A stretch of DNA of 64,000 nt from Rebecca billardiae RCC1528 (Eukaryota > Protista > Haptophyta), in contig OZ251224.1 of assembly GCA_965240325.2 (NCBI GenBank), forward strand, positions 3,286,001-3,350,000. The letters run 5' to 3'. How positions within the stretch are numbered: position 1 is the stretch's first letter; each line of letters begins with the position of its first letter. The notes beneath the pieces were generated by a model that saw only the letters and a list, made by a program, of their open reading frames with translations, was not told the DNA's origin and did not search any database. The translations under genes were made by a program, and so were the position numbers. Positions 34,483-46,751 of this stretch are shown one piece after another.

Positions 34483-35334
34483 TCAGTTGCCCGTTGGCAA
34501 AGCGGTGGGCGGCTGATGGAAGCAGTGCAACGACAGGTTGTTGAAGACGCCACCTGTGCTGAAGCCGTCTGCGATCGGCCTCTCGCTGCACAGCCGCGCC
34601 GCTTCGTCGACAAACTCGCGATCTCCGTAGCGCCGCCGGTCCATGACACGCTCTGCGTACGCGCTCAAGCTGTTGCCCAGGATCGCCAGCCGACATAGTC
34701 CTGCCGGCGAGTCGGCTGCAGCATTTCCGTTCACGCCTGCGGGCCAATTCGAGCGCAGCACAGACTCGTACAGCTCGAGGTCGCAGTGCGGCATGTAAAA
34801 GAGCGTCGATGCGCCTGCAGGCGCATGGTGGTGCGACGATGCCTCAGAAGGGCTCATCAACGCGCATCCCTTCGCGCCCAGCAGCGCCGCGTCCGCCTCG
34901 CCCAGGACAGGGTCGTATACCCACACTTGGAGTGGCACGTCGGGACCCCTGTCGGCACAGATCTTCTCGACAAGGAGGAGGAGCAGCCCGAGCTGACAGC
35001 GCGAGACACGTGAGTTCGACGGGCTCCCAAGGCCCAGGCACACCACGCGACTTGGATTCAGCCGCGTGTCATCGAGCGCGGCGCACAAGGCGGCCCATGT
35101 GCCCGAAGTGCGCACCTCCACCATGCACGCGTCCACGTCCGCGCGGAGCACAGCGCCGGATCGTGCAGGCGTGGTGTCACTAGGCTGCTGTACGTCAGCG
35201 TTGGCCGCGGCAGGACGCGCGACCGCCTTTGCTGCCGAAGCCTTCGAGCGGCCATGCCCTTTCCTCCGCGTCACGAGCGTGAAGCCGCCTTCCTCCATGC
35301 TGAAAGAAGTCGCGGCTTCCCGGGGTTTCAGCAT
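34483..35334 (-). CDS. SRR1: SRR1-domain protein
   Basis: VVCLGLGS...SRCQLGLL, VYDPVL, TLFYMPHCDLELYESVLRSNW, ILGNS and VFNNLSLH. Confidence 0.85.
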   Translation of the reverse strand: MLKPREAATSFSMEEGGFTLVTRRKGHGRSKASAAKAVARPAAANADVQQPSDTTPARSGAVLRADVDACMVEVRTSGTWAALCAALDDTRLNPSRVVCLGLGSPSNSRVSRCQLGLLLLLVEKICADRGPDVPLQVWVYDPVLGEADAALLGAKGCALMSPSEASSHHHAPAGASTLFYMPHCDLELYESVLRSNWPAGVNGNAAADSPAGLCRLAILGNSLSAYAERVMDRRRYGDREFVDEAARLCSERPIADGFSTGGVFNNLSLHCFHQPPTALPTGN

Positions 35335-36022
35335 GGAGGCTGCGTGTCCTGCCTAGCCGAGCAAGCTTGGTTAACAGATGACAAGCGGTCCTCGTCTTCG
35401 CACCGCCTCTCTAGGGGCAGGACGTACGTATCACGACGGCATGAGCAATAGAGTGCCCTTTTCCGCGCCGTCACCAGAAGGCGGCGACGTCGTTGACAGT
35501 TGGGATCAGTCGAGTGGTAGTCAGCTGGCGTCTGCTCAGTCGGGCGCGCGCGGCGAGCTGCCGCTGCGCGCGCCGATGACGCTCCCAAGCTGCTGAGGGG
35601 GCTGCTGCGAGTCCCCTTGTCGCCTAGCTGGTCGCATCGGGGCTATCAGCCGCGAGGCTGGCTGTGCCAGTGATATCCGGACCTCTTGTGAGCTCCGCGC
35701 CAGATCCACGCCCCAAACCAAATGCGCAACACAAGTCAGAGTCACTCATCTGGCAGCCTGGCCTCGTCAGGAGAGCCACTGTCTGCGGCGCGAGACTCGA
35801 GCCGCATCACGCTTTGGCGTGACGAGGTGCCGGACGCCAGTTGCCGAACACAGTCCGGTTCGGCCGGTACGGCTGCAGATTAGTAAGCTACCACGAGCCG
35901 TCGGTCATCGTTATCACCACAGACTCAGCGCAACCGAACAGAACCCGCGGAAGCGCTGTCCGCTGTCCCGTGTCCGATCGCGTGTCCGACATCACTGACT
36001 GATGACCAACGTGCTGCGTAAA

Positions 36023-37372
36023 CTAGAACCCAGCCTTTCCGAGGGCTGTCGTCTGGCCACAGCCGGGCAGCCGGCCTGCGATGCAGTGGCACACGCGGCA
36101 TCCCACCTGATGGCGGTGGATCTCGACCAGGTCGAGCACGCGCTGCGGGAGCGGCTTGGCGCGCCAGCTGTGGTACTCGAGGTACGCCGTGTCGTTGGCG
36201 GCGAGGTGCTGCAGGTGCGCCGCCAGCTGCGGCGCGTCGAAGCGGCCGTCGCGATCGACGAAGCGGCGGACTTCGATCACGCAGCGCTCTGGCGGCTCGC
36301 ACGGCAGCAGGTCGTGCACGTTGGGCGCGCCGAGGTACAGCGGCACCGTGCCCAACCTGAACGCGTCGAACACCTTCTCCGTGACGTAGTCGAGCGCCTG
36401 TGAATTCTCGAACGCGGCAAAGAAGCGGTAGTCGGCTGCGCGGCGCGCCTTGCCGCCCCAGCGAAAGTCCGCGCGATAGTGCGCTCGCCCGTCGTCCGCG
36501 GCGAGGCCCTCCGTGTGCTCACACTTGCCGTACTGGTGCACGGGCACGCCGTGAGAGCCCAGCGCGCGCAGCACGTCGAGTCGGCCGCCGGTCTGTTTGC
36601 AGTTGGAGATGAACGCGGCGACGGCGGCATCGCGCCGCTTGCGCTGCGGGTCCTGGAGCGGCAGGCCGCTCGCGCCGAGAGGCGCCCGCCCCCCGGGCCG
36701 CTCCGTCGGCTGAGCCCCGGCCTCGGCGCCCGGCAACGGCTGCTGCTGCGACAGATCCGGCAACTGGCTCAGCAGCGAGCCCATGTAATTGACGCCCGGC
36801 ACCGTCGCGTCCAGCTCATATGAGACGATGATGTCGTGCGGCGCGAAGACGCGCTCGCCCTGGCGGCCGTTCTGCGCGAGCGTCCTCGCCTTCGCGTGGC
36901 CGGCCCAGTTCTCGGCGCTCGCGAAGATCACGCGTTGGGCGCTTTGCCGAACGAGCTTGAGCCGGTCAGGCTTGTACTTCTCGTCGAGGGAGAAAGCCGT
37001 CGCGTTGGCTCCGGTGTCAGAGCCAACGCGGCGCATCCACACGCAGCCCATGTTGCAATCGACTCTGAGCTCGGTCTCGTTGCGCTGCGGCATGAATATC
37101 TAATGCAACGGCGTATGCTCGGCTGCAACCGTCACAGTGTCGCTCCGCCAGCGCCTGGGCTCGCGCATGACGACGCGCAGCGTGGTGGCGTGCGTCGTGA
37201 TGGCGCGCAGGCCGCGATCGCTCACGCACGGCGGATCAACTACGAGCGCATGGACGGCTGCATCAGCTGCAAACGTGGGGAACCTGATCCTATCGCGACG
37301 CGCGAGTGCGAGCGCGACGAGTGCGCAGTAGTAGGCAAGTGAGCAGCGGCGCGCGATCGACACTACCCCCAT
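36023..37372 (-). CDS. Alpha-1,3-fucosyltransferase (GT10)
   Basis: AFISNC, YRFFAAFENSQALDYVTEKVFDAF, VPLYLGAPN and YLEYHSWR. The TM-bearing first exon near 37372 is inferred; the junction near 37100 is unresolved. Confidence 0.85.
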
Positions 37373-37653
37373 ACGATGCGGCCTCGCGGCGCCCATAGTT
37401 CTGTGTCATGAACTCATTAATGGCGGGCCGTATTGTAGTCAATACTCACTTACTCAGGTATGCCGTATGCTGTCGCGACTTTCCGCCATCGCCCTGCGCC
37501 TGGCTTGCACTTGGGCGCAGCTCGGGCCTGCTGTGGTTGATCAGGCGAGGGAGGTCGCGGTGCCTGCACCGCCGCAGCGCTCGCGCATCCTCTCGGGGAC
37601 GCAGCCGTGATTGGCTCTCGGATCGCGCGCGTGGTTTGTGTCACCCGCACAGC

Positions 37654-39540
37654 ATGGCCGAAGGCGAGAGCCAGGCGCACGTGTGGGGCACGCGCAACGT
37701 CGATTGCTTTGAGAAGCTCGAGCAGATCGGCGAGGGCACATACGGGTACGCCCGCGCGCCTGGGCCTTGCAGCGACGAGCACGCGCGCCGCGGGGAGGCC
37801 CTAACAGATCGACCACTGGGTGCCGCCTACGCGCCCCTCGCTCCGGCCGCACGCCGAGCACAGCCAAGTGTACAAGGCGAGGGATAAGATTACCCAGGAG
37901 GAGGTCGCCCTGAAGAAGATCCGGATGACAAAGGACCAGGAGAAGGACGGGGTGCGCTGCGCTGAGCAGGCCGCGCGAGGCCCGCCTCTGCGCGCGCGAG
38001 CATCCGCTGCGCGCGGTGCGTCTGCGCTGTCATGCTCAGCGGCCTGGTCCCCATGTGCCACGCCTGCGCCGCCCTGGCGCTCTCGTGCCCGTGTGCAGTT
38101 CCCGATCACAGCCATCAGGGAAATCAAGATCCTGAAGGTGCTGCGCCACAAGAACGTTGTCAACCTGAGGGAGATCGTCACATCCGCTGGTATGCGCACG
38201 CTCGCGCGCGCACGGCCAGCGCACCGGCGCTGGTCTCTCGCGTGAGCACGGCGAGTCTGACACGCGGGGCGGGCAACGTTTGCTGCTCCCTCGCGCGCGC
38301 GAGCAGCTAGCGACGCCAATAAGGGCAAGGGCAGCATCTACATGGTCTTCGAGTTCATGGACCACGACCTGACGGGCCTGATGGACTCACCCACGCCGCG
38401 CTTCACGCCCCCGCAGATTAAATGCTACATGAACCAGCTGCTCGAGGGCCTCCTCTGGTGCCACAAGAACAAGGTGCTGCATCGCGACATCAAGGGTGCG
38501 TGCGCCGCGCGGCAGGCGCGTGCGTCGGCTGCGCGCGCGGCGCGCGACCAGCGTGTGGCTGCCTCGCGACCCGCGCCGCGTCTCGAGCGTGCGCGCGGGC
38601 CCGCCGGGCGTTCCGCGCGCACGCGGGCTCACCGCCTGCCTGGACGGCCCGGCATGGACGTGCCCACGCCGCGACATGCGCAGGCGCAAACCTCCTCATC
38701 AACAACCAGGGCGAGCTCAAGCTCGCAGACTTTGGGCTCGCGCGCCCCTTCGACGACCAGCTGCGGCAGTACACGAACCGGTGCATCACGCTGTGGTACC
38801 GGCCGCCCGAGCTGCTGCTCGGCGCGACGCAGTACGGCCCGGCGGTCGACCTGTGGTCCGTCGGCTGCGTCTTCGGCGAGATGCTGATGCGCAAGCCCAC
38901 GCTGCCTGGGAAGGACGAGGCGGATCAGTTTGACCTCATCTGCCGGCTGTGCGGCACGCCGGCCGAGGCGAGCTGGCCGGGGGTGAGCAAGCTGCCGTTC
39001 TACGACAAGCTCGTGACGAACGCGTCGCGGCCCAACTACCCGCGCGTGCTCGCGGAGAAGCTCGGGCGCACCATCACCGACCGCACCGCGCTCGACCTGC
39101 TCGACCGCCTGCTCGAGCTCGACCCGATGAAGCGCATCACAGCGGCGGACGCGCTCGACCACGACTACTTCTGGACGGAGCCGCTCCCGGCGAAGCCGCA
39201 GGACCTGCCGCAGTACAAGTCGTCGCACGAGTTCAACCGGAAGAAGAAGCAGATGCAGCAGCAGCAGCCCCAGCAGGCGGGCGGTTCGAGCAGCCAGCCG
39301 GCAGCTGGGGGGGCGGGGGCGCGGCCAGGGATGCCGAACGCGCACGCCGCCGACGCAGCGAAGCGGGCGCGCCCGGGCGATGGGTCGGTACCCGCCCCGT
39401 CGATGAGCCGGCCGGGCGGCGGGGGAGCGGTCGGCGGTGGGCCCGCGGGCTCGGGCGCTGCCGCTGGGATGCACAGGCAGCCGCCCTACGGTGGCGGCGG
39501 CGCCGTCGGACAACCGCCCGCGAAGCAGCAGCGCCTCTGA
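37654..39540 (+). CDS. CDKC: Cyclin-dependent kinase, PITAIRE type (CDKC/CDK9/CDK12 group), about 5 exons
   Basis: FEKLEQIGEGTYG|QVYKA, VALKKIRM, FPITAIREIKIL, HRDIKG, LADFGLAR and ITLWYRPPELLLG, separated by GT-AG introns. Confidence 0.93.
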
Positions 39541-40205
39541 CACTTTCAGATGACGAGCCGCCGGCCGGCCACGGCCACGCGGCGGTCATGGACATGCTGA
39601 GGACATGGACAACCTGAGGGCTCCCGGGATCGACTCTGCCTGACTCTGGAGTCGGGCTACCATACTGCCGAACGTGGTCTGGATTGAGACCGTCGCTAGC
39701 TTTGAAGTATCAGCTGCCGAGATGATACGCCGCCCGTGACTAGTGACTATTGACTCAGGCCACCAGTGGCCGTGGGTCCTAGGCCTAGCCTACTGACTAC
39801 TCAGAGTACTCCGTCTCGAGTATTACGCGGTACGATATTCACGGCACTACTGCAACGCGCCACTCACCTGCCTGCGCCGGTCTGTTTTGTGGCGGTGTCT
39901 TTATGTGCAGTGTTGGATGGCGTTAATCACGCCTTCTTACTAAGAACCAAGTGTGCACGTTAAATCAGAGTAAACTGTACTATATCGTCGTCATCATCAA
40001 CCCTTTCTTTAGCAGATGGGCGCACTAGCGCCGCTGCTTCGGACACGCTTTGACTGGCACCCTTTAGGACGAGACACGAGTGTGTCAAGTTGACAAGTTG
40101 CGCTGAGTTGAGCGGGACCGCCGCAGCTCGGGCCACGTATGCAGCTGCTGCCCACTGAGTCTGCTGCCGCCATGCCGTGTAGCCGCGCCGGGCGAGGCCC
40201 GGATG

Positions 40206-40634
40206 TCAGCTTCTCGTGGGCGGTTGGGACGCGAAAGCAGGGTCGACGTGTATGGGCTGTGTGGGGAGGTCAAAGCTGAAGTCAGCTGCTGCTGAGGGCG
40301 GCGTTGGCTCGGCTTGCTCTGCTTGCGACGCGCTGGCCACGAGCGTCTGCAAGCTTGAGCGCTGGGCTTGTGCCGCTTTGATTTGTTGGGAGATCGCCTT
40401 TTTTGCCTTCTTCGTCTCCTTCTTACCCGCCCCCTTGCCCACCTTGAGCCGTGCCCGCTTCGCATCTGCGATTTCGCGCTGCAGTTGCTTTCTCAACGCC
40501 ACGCGCTCCTTGTGCGAGCTCCCAGCGTTCGTCGGAGCTGCATCGTCGACGTCCATGCCATCTCGTGGCGCAGGCCGGTCGTACGGCTTGGCACGCTTTG
40601 CCTTAGCGCCCCCGCGTTTTCGTGTGCCCTTCAT
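40206..40634 (-). CDS. Small basic coiled-coil hypothetical protein
   Basis: 142-aa Lys-rich ORF with protein-like composition, divergent from the MFS gene. Confidence 0.6.
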   Translation of the reverse strand: MKGTRKRGGAKAKRAKPYDRPAPRDGMDVDDAAPTNAGSSHKERVALRKQLQREIADAKRARLKVGKGAGKKETKKAKKAISQQIKAAQAQRSSLQTLVASASQAEQAEPTPPSAAADFSFDLPTQPIHVDPAFASQPPTRS

Positions 40635-40969
40635 GATCCCGATGCGTCCGTGGGGCGGCGACCTCGGCCTGGGCGCGTGTCCACGGCCTCAGTCCGCCGC
40701 CAAGCGCCCAAGCCGTCGTTTGACGGGCTAGCTCGCTTTCAGTAGCTTTCAGCTTGCAAAGCCCTGAACTGATGTACATCATTCTGATGACTGAACCCCC
40801 TTGGTCTGACCAGGAACGTACACGCACGAACCTTCGTCCGACTGTTTCAATGTTTTGCATTTGTAGCAATGGTCTCGAGCGAAGTCTGTGTGGGCGTACT
40901 GCCGAAGAAGCGGGTGCTGCACGGCCGGATGCGTGCCCCGCTGCATTGCTGCGTGGCAGGCGTGAGCAC

Positions 40970-42682
40970 ATGCCGCTGCACGTGCCGCTGCACATCCAGC
41001 TCGCGCACGACGCGGTCGCGGTGAGGCGAATAGAGGAGCCCTTCCATGTGGAGTTCCCCCTGCCGCTCGACGCACCGCCACGGGCACTGCCATCCCGTCC
41101 CTTGCGCGTGCACCGCCTCTGCTGCGGCTGCTTCCAGTTCTACGGCTATGCGATCTTGCTGGTCGCCACGGTGGGCAAGGTGATGTCGTTCCCGGGGCAG
41201 TCGTCGTGCGTGGGCGCCGTGATCGACCCGATCATGCAGTCGCTGGACATTTCGCGCGCGCAGGTCAGCCTGCTGTACCTGTTCGGCACGGTCGGGTCCG
41301 CGTGCGCGCTGCCGCACGCCGGAGTGCTCGTCGACCGGCTCGGTATGCAGCGCAGCATCGGGCTGGTGAGCGTCGGGCTCGGGCTGGCGTGCGCATACAT
41401 GTCGATCGTCTCGAATGCGCCGATGCTGCTGCTCGGCTTCTTCCTGCTCCGCTTCCTCGGGCAGGGCATGATGACGATGGTGTCGCAGACGGCCATCAAC
41501 CTTTGGTTTGTTCAGAACCGCGGCTTTGCGATGGGCCTCGCGGGCAGCGCCATGTCCGTCGGCGTGACGGCGGCGGGGCCCATGCTGCTCACGGTGCTCG
41601 AGCAGGCGATCGGCTGGAGGCGCACCTACCTTGCCTTCTCCGCAGCCTTTGTGCTCGGGATGGCCCCGCTGGGGGCCCTCTTCTATCGAGACAAGCCCGA
41701 GCTGTATGGGCTCGAGCCTGACGGGCGCACGGCCTCTGCGCGCGCGCCGACGGGCGCTGACGCGGCTCCCACGCCGAGTGGCGCGGAGGGGGGCGAGCGG
41801 AGTTGGACGCGCCGCGAGGCGCTCAGGAGCGGCGCGTTCTGGGCGTTCTCCCTCAGTTCGTGCTCCGTCGCGGCCACGGCCACGGCCTTCTTCTTCCACC
41901 TCACCTCCATCATTGAGGGCTCGGGAGCGGGCGAGAAGGCGCTCCACGCGGTGTACACGACGCTCACGGTCACGAGCGTGGTCACGCGCATGGCGTCGGG
42001 GATGCTCGTCGACCGCGTGCCCGAGCGGTACATGCAGGCGTGCGCGCTCGCATTGCAAGCGCTCACCTACGCCGTGCCGGCTGCGCGCCCGAGCTTCGGC
42101 GTCGGCACGGCGAGCGTGATCGCGCTGTGCCAGGGCGTGTCGATGGGACTGTTCCACAACGTCGTCTCGACTGTGTACGCGAGCTTCTTCGGCCGCGACC
42201 ATCTGGGCGCAATCAGCGGGGTCGCGAACGCGATGGTCGTGCTCGGATCCGCGCTGGGCCCCTTCCCTTTTGGCGTGGTGTACGACCTCACGGGTACATA
42301 CACCAGCGCCTTCGTCGGCGCCTCGCTGCTGTCGTGCGTGCTGTCTGTCCTCGTGCTGCGCGCGGGCAGGCCGCCCACCGCGCTACCCCTGCTGCACGCG
42401 AGCGACACGCTGTCCCACGTGCCCGCGGCGCACGAGATCCCCATGGACGAGGTCGAGCCCGTGGCGAAACACGCCTCAGAGGCGCCAACGACACTCGCCG
42501 ATGGCGACCTGGAAGCCTTCTCCGACGGATCGGCCTCGTCGTGGGACGAATCACGCGGCTCGCAGTCGCAGACGTCACGCACCAATGCGCCTGATGAGCA
42601 GACGGGCTGGACCCTGAGGACTCATTCTCGTCCGAGGTCGGGCTCGCTGACAAATGTGAAGCCGCAGGTGGCCAAAGAATAA
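40970..42682 (+). CDS. Major facilitator superfamily transporter
   Basis: About 12 TM helices, motif A (GVLVDRLG; GMLVDRVP), WFVQNRGFAMG and FFGRDHLGAISG. Start uncertain. Confidence 0.9.
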   Translation: MPLHVPLHIQLAHDAVAVRRIEEPFHVEFPLPLDAPPRALPSRPLRVHRLCCGCFQFYGYAILLVATVGKVMSFPGQSSCVGAVIDPIMQSLDISRAQVSLLYLFGTVGSACALPHAGVLVDRLGMQRSIGLVSVGLGLACAYMSIVSNAPMLLLGFFLLRFLGQGMMTMVSQTAINLWFVQNRGFAMGLAGSAMSVGVTAAGPMLLTVLEQAIGWRRTYLAFSAAFVLGMAPLGALFYRDKPELYGLEPDGRTASARAPTGADAAPTPSGAEGGERSWTRREALRSGAFWAFSLSSCSVAATATAFFFHLTSIIEGSGAGEKALHAVYTTLTVTSVVTRMASGMLVDRVPERYMQACALALQALTYAVPAARPSFGVGTASVIALCQGVSMGLFHNVVSTVYASFFGRDHLGAISGVANAMVVLGSALGPFPFGVVYDLTGTYTSAFVGASLLSCVLSVLVLRAGRPPTALPLLHASDTLSHVPAAHEIPMDEVEPVAKHASEAPTTLADGDLEAFSDGSASSWDESRGSQSQTSRTNAPDEQTGWTLRTHSRPRSGSLTNVKPQVAKE

Positions 42683-42721
42683 AAATCTGAGTGAAGCAAA
42701 TGGTCTGACTGCTGTGACAAA

Positions 42722-42768
42722 CTATATTATTATTATTATTATTATTATATTATTATTATTATTATTAT
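42722..42768. repeat. (TAT)n microsatellite
   Basis: Direct observation. Confidence 0.95.
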
Positions 42769-42919
42769 GGCCCGCGGTGCAGGGCGGAGCGCGCAGCGTG
42801 GAGCCCGCACCAGCGGGCCCGAACCACGTTTCAAAAAGATCTTTGATCAAAGAAAAAAGGGACGGGGGACGATTTTCAGGGCTGAAGGAGACCGAGTTTC
42901 GAATTTTGAGACTCCCTTA
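42768..42919. mobile_element. Dispersed TE terminus ending at TA (copy of 27059-27221)
   Basis: Sequence similarity to 27059-27221. Confidence 0.65.
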
Positions 42920-43879
42920 CAGGTGCATCCTCGTCGAAAAAGGGCGCGTCCGCCGTCTTGAATAGTGAACAGAGGAATCAACGAAACCCACGCCCAAGTG
43001 TGCGAGGGTGAGTAATATTACGGGTGGACTCAGTCGTTCATGTGTGACCATAGTAAATAAATATGGGCCTCGCCGCCGCAAGAACGACTCTCACCAACTC
43101 CAATACTGCGAGATATTGAAAAATACCCGCAGCTATTCGTCGCCAGCCCATTTCATAGTCACTGATCGACGCACCAGCTGGCGAGCCTCAAAACTCGCCG
43201 TCGTCGCAAGGCAGCAGGTTTGGGCGGAGGTGGCGAGGGCGCCGCGCGACTCTCGCCTCCAAGCAAGGGCGGGCGATGGGCAGGTGCGCGCGGCCAGTGG
43301 CGCCTGGAGCGCGAGTCTGCGGCGGGTCCCGACGGCCGTCGACATCGTGTTCGTGCCCCGCTCACTAGTCACTCCGCGCGCCCCTGCCGCCCTGTCGATC
43401 GATGCCTGCGCGGCCGGGGCCGCGCGTCCGAGCCGGCGCCAGCAGCCGCCGCCCTTTGTTCGGGCTCTCGCAAGCTCGGGGGCAGCGGCGCCTGACTGAT
43501 GCCGGACTGATCGATCTCTGAGTCTCCGACTTCACCACACGCCCCCCTTGTCATGCCTCTCCGCCAGGGTCTCCCAGAACTCTTCTTCAGAGCAGGCGCG
43601 CCAACCCGAATCCATCGATCTGTTCCGTGCCGGCACTCTCGGCCCGCGCCGGCAAGTCTGTCTGCAGCGCTGGACGGGCGGACCTAGGAGGACGAGCTGC
43701 GGCGCGGACGACGGTGGTGCGCGACGTCCCCAGAGCTGGCCGTGCCTCTGCGACGCGTGCCGAGCCTGACCGAGGTGTGTCAACTGTCACCCCGTGACCC
43801 CGTGCAGTGCAACCGCGCGGCGTGCGGAGTGAATAACAATCACCGGTGCCCTCGCACCTCGGCACACACAGTGCTCCCT

Positions 43880-44176
43880 CTGGCTGTCTGCTCCGCGTGG
43901 CCTGGCGTGCACGTAGATAGAGTTGCGCTCATGCGTCGATCACGCCTCGCGCCCGCCTGTCGGCCGTCGCGCAGGCGCTGGTCGAACCCTACTCGGACCA
44001 GTGCAAATCATCTACTCCTGGCGCAGCGCTGCCCGGCGGCGCGCGGTGACGACAGACAGCGCGGTCAGCAGCAGCGGCCCGAACGAATCCGCGGCCCCGC
44101 ACCGTGTTCCCTGGCTGTCAGCTCCACGTGGCCTGGCGTGCACGTGGAGTCGCGCTCATGCGTCGATCACGCCTCG
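43880..44176. repeat. About 70-bp direct repeat pair in non-coding DNA
   Basis: ctggctgtc.gctcc.cgtggcctggcgtgcacgt...gcgctcatgcgtcgatcacgcctcg at 43880 and 44111. Confidence 0.75.
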
Positions 44177-44412
44177 TCGCATCCGCCTGTACACAATGAC
44201 AATCCGGGCGCCGGCGCCGGCGGCTGCGATGGGCCCGCGCGCCCGGCGCCGGCACCGGGGCGCAGCGGCGCGCCGCTGGAGTCTAGTTGTACGGGCATGC
44301 AACTGGTCTGTCAATAGACGACTGCGACGGAGGGTGCACCGCCACCGCGGGCCCCGAACTACGTTCGTTCTACGGAAAAGGACCGCGAAACGCGGTCATT
44401 ACTACTACTACT

Positions 44413-44641
44413 ATATATTTAACGACGTGGCAGCATCGGACAAGCGTCAGGCTCAGAGTGCAACAGACACATAGAATGCGTCCGCGCCTTCCGTCCAGGT
44501 CAGACAGTGCGCCACCCGCAGCCCTGCCCCCCTACGGGAGCGGGGCCGGGATGGAGCACCGCCTCGGCCTGGGGCACGCGGCGGCGACGGCAGATGCCGC
44601 CGCGGCCGAGCGCCTTCCGGAGCACTTGGATGAGGGTGAGG
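44413..44641 (-). mobile_element. 5'-truncated LINE/SINE-like 3' end (subfamily 1) with (TAG)n tail
   Basis: Near-identical to 13858-14083; adjacent (CTA)n on the plus strand. Confidence 0.65.
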
Positions 44642-45025
44642 ATATTAAAATAATAAATCATGCTGCGAATACGATACCGGTCAGGCCGGAGGCGGACTAC
44701 GAATCGTACGACGACTTCTTGCGCCTCTTGCGGCGCGCGGCGATGAACCGGATGCAGATCGAACTTACTAGTTACTACGTCGATGGAGTATTCATTCAGA
44801 CTCAGGCGTCACACATCACCTGACAGGGCCACCGGACTGCGCGCGCCGCGCAAGTCGCGGTGATGGCGGACCCGCGCCGCCGGCCGACTCTGATCGTCTG
44901 GTACCTCGGAGTCTCGGACGACGGACGGCACTTTGGCACTGGCAGCAGCACAGACTGCCGCAGCGGGACAGCAGCGCATTGATGATCGAGTCGGCGTGAG
45001 CGATTGCGTGCAGCACAGCATGCCG

Positions 45026-45504
45026 TCAGGATGCAGATTCTATCTGCCCAGCCCCGTCTGCTGTTCCTCGTTGTCGCTGCTGATGGCTCACCGACTCGCG
45101 CTTTGTCACGAAGTGCAACCGAGTTGTGGTCATGCACTTGAGCTCTAAAGGGCTTCGATGGCGATCATCCTCGTCGCGAGGAGGGATCGTTTGCACATCA
45201 CTGCCCACTACTGGCATGCCGAAGAGCATCGCCGTCGTCTCTTCGCCGTATGTGCCCTCAAACTCGCAACCGTCTATCCGCAGAGTGGGGTGCAGCTCTT
45301 CCAGCCCCTGGCGTCGATGGGGCGTTGCACGCGGGGCGCGGGGGAAAAGTGTCATCAGCGACGAGCAGATGGGGCGCAGTATCACGGGCTGGTACGCACC
45401 GATATTTCATACGCGCGACCGTCACGCAGCAGGCCCTGCCCGAACTCATCCAACGTCACGACGACGTGGTCCCACTCTTCCGACTGGTCGTTCGCACCCG
45501 CCAT
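45026..45504 (-). CDS. TFIIIC subunit 6 (GTF3C6/Tfc7)-like protein; intron 45399-45308
   Basis: Spliced product MAGANDQSEEWDHVVVTLD...YEIS|GLEELHPTLRIDGCEFEGTYGEETTAMLF resembles the TFIIIC_sub6 core 'GLDT..P.L.I....F.G.Y....GT..IF'. Confidence 0.6.
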
Positions 45505-45636
45505 CGTTCCGACGACAACTGGCTCCTCTCCAAGTTCATCTTCCTCGGCGCATCGGCACGCGACGACGGCACGCGGCTGCGAGCGCTGCTCGCGCTACAG
45601 TAGCTACTCGGCCTTCAGGAGACATTGGACGCATCG

Positions 45637-45987
45637 ATGCTGCGCGTGCTCGCTGGTGGGAGACGCTCGTCTCATGTGCCCGTTCTGCCGCTTCTCGCAC
45701 GCGGAGTAAGGGCGCCACCTCCTCGACAGGACCCGACATCAGACCAGGTCGCGTTCGTTCACCGTGTGCTTCGCATTGCTGGGCCCACTACACGGCCAGA
45801 GCTCACCAAAATGCTTGACGTCGGGGGTTGGCACCGGGTAATCCCGTCCACAAACATGCTGGACAAGTGCTTGAAAGCTCTCACGGAGCGCGGCGATGTT
45901 GTCACCACAAACGTGCCCGATAAGCAGCAGACTGCGTTCGCAGACGCAGCGGCGATTGCGCACAACGAGTCATCAACCAGTCGGTAA
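45637..45987 (+). CDS. Small hypothetical protein, possibly mitochondrial
   Basis: MLRVLAGGRRSS transit-like start; divergent from the TFIIIC-like gene. Confidence 0.45.
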   Translation: MLRVLAGGRRSSHVPVLPLLARGVRAPPPRQDPTSDQVAFVHRVLRIAGPTTRPELTKMLDVGGWHRVIPSTNMLDKCLKALTERGDVVTTNVPDKQQTAFADAAAIAHNESSTSR

Positions 45988-46751
45988 CCTGCGAGGCATG
46001 CTGCCGTCGGGGATGGCATATCGATCGTCATCCCAATCATCGACGTGATGTGATGCCCGGCGGATGCGTGCTGAAGCTGCCGTGTAAGCTTTTGACCCTG
46101 CAATCATCCGCCGATGTGGCTCCTTCGACTTCGTGCCGTGGGACTGAGCTGCTCCCGCCTCGGATTCGAGTGGTACGTTCCAGTGTGCGCTTGGATCAAT
46201 GGTCGCCGTCTGAGCGCGGGCAGCAGCGTGTCAGGCTCAGACTACCAGCCTCTCTGCCCTCACTCCTCAGAGGCTGTAGTAGTCGCTCTGGCACGGCCGT
46301 GCCGGAGACTCTGCCGCAGGCCTGCCGGCCCTCACGAGGGCGGCCCTGGCCGTGAGGCCGTCCTGACCGCTGCGGACGGGGCGGCTCGCCGCTCCGAGAC
46401 CGAGTTGGAGGGTGGCTGGAAGCCGAGAGCCAGAGCCGGCGGTCCGCGCGGCCCCGGGGGCTGAGGTCAGCCGTGGTGCCAGCCAGCCAGGCCGCCACGG
46501 TCACGGAGGCTACCCAGAGCCTTGCAGTGCAGTCCCGGACAGACGACGAGAGTCGAGACTCGATCCGGCTGACCGCAGCAGCAGCCAGCAGGGAGACAGT
46601 CACTGAGGGAGGCCGGTCGAATGTCGATATGTCAGGGACAGGGTAATAACAATAAGCCCGTTTCAATACAGGAAGACGGTTCGATCAGTACTCAAGAGGC
46701 CAGCCAGGCTTATTTGACTTCGGTCGATTCGTCACCCAGAGGCGTAGTAGC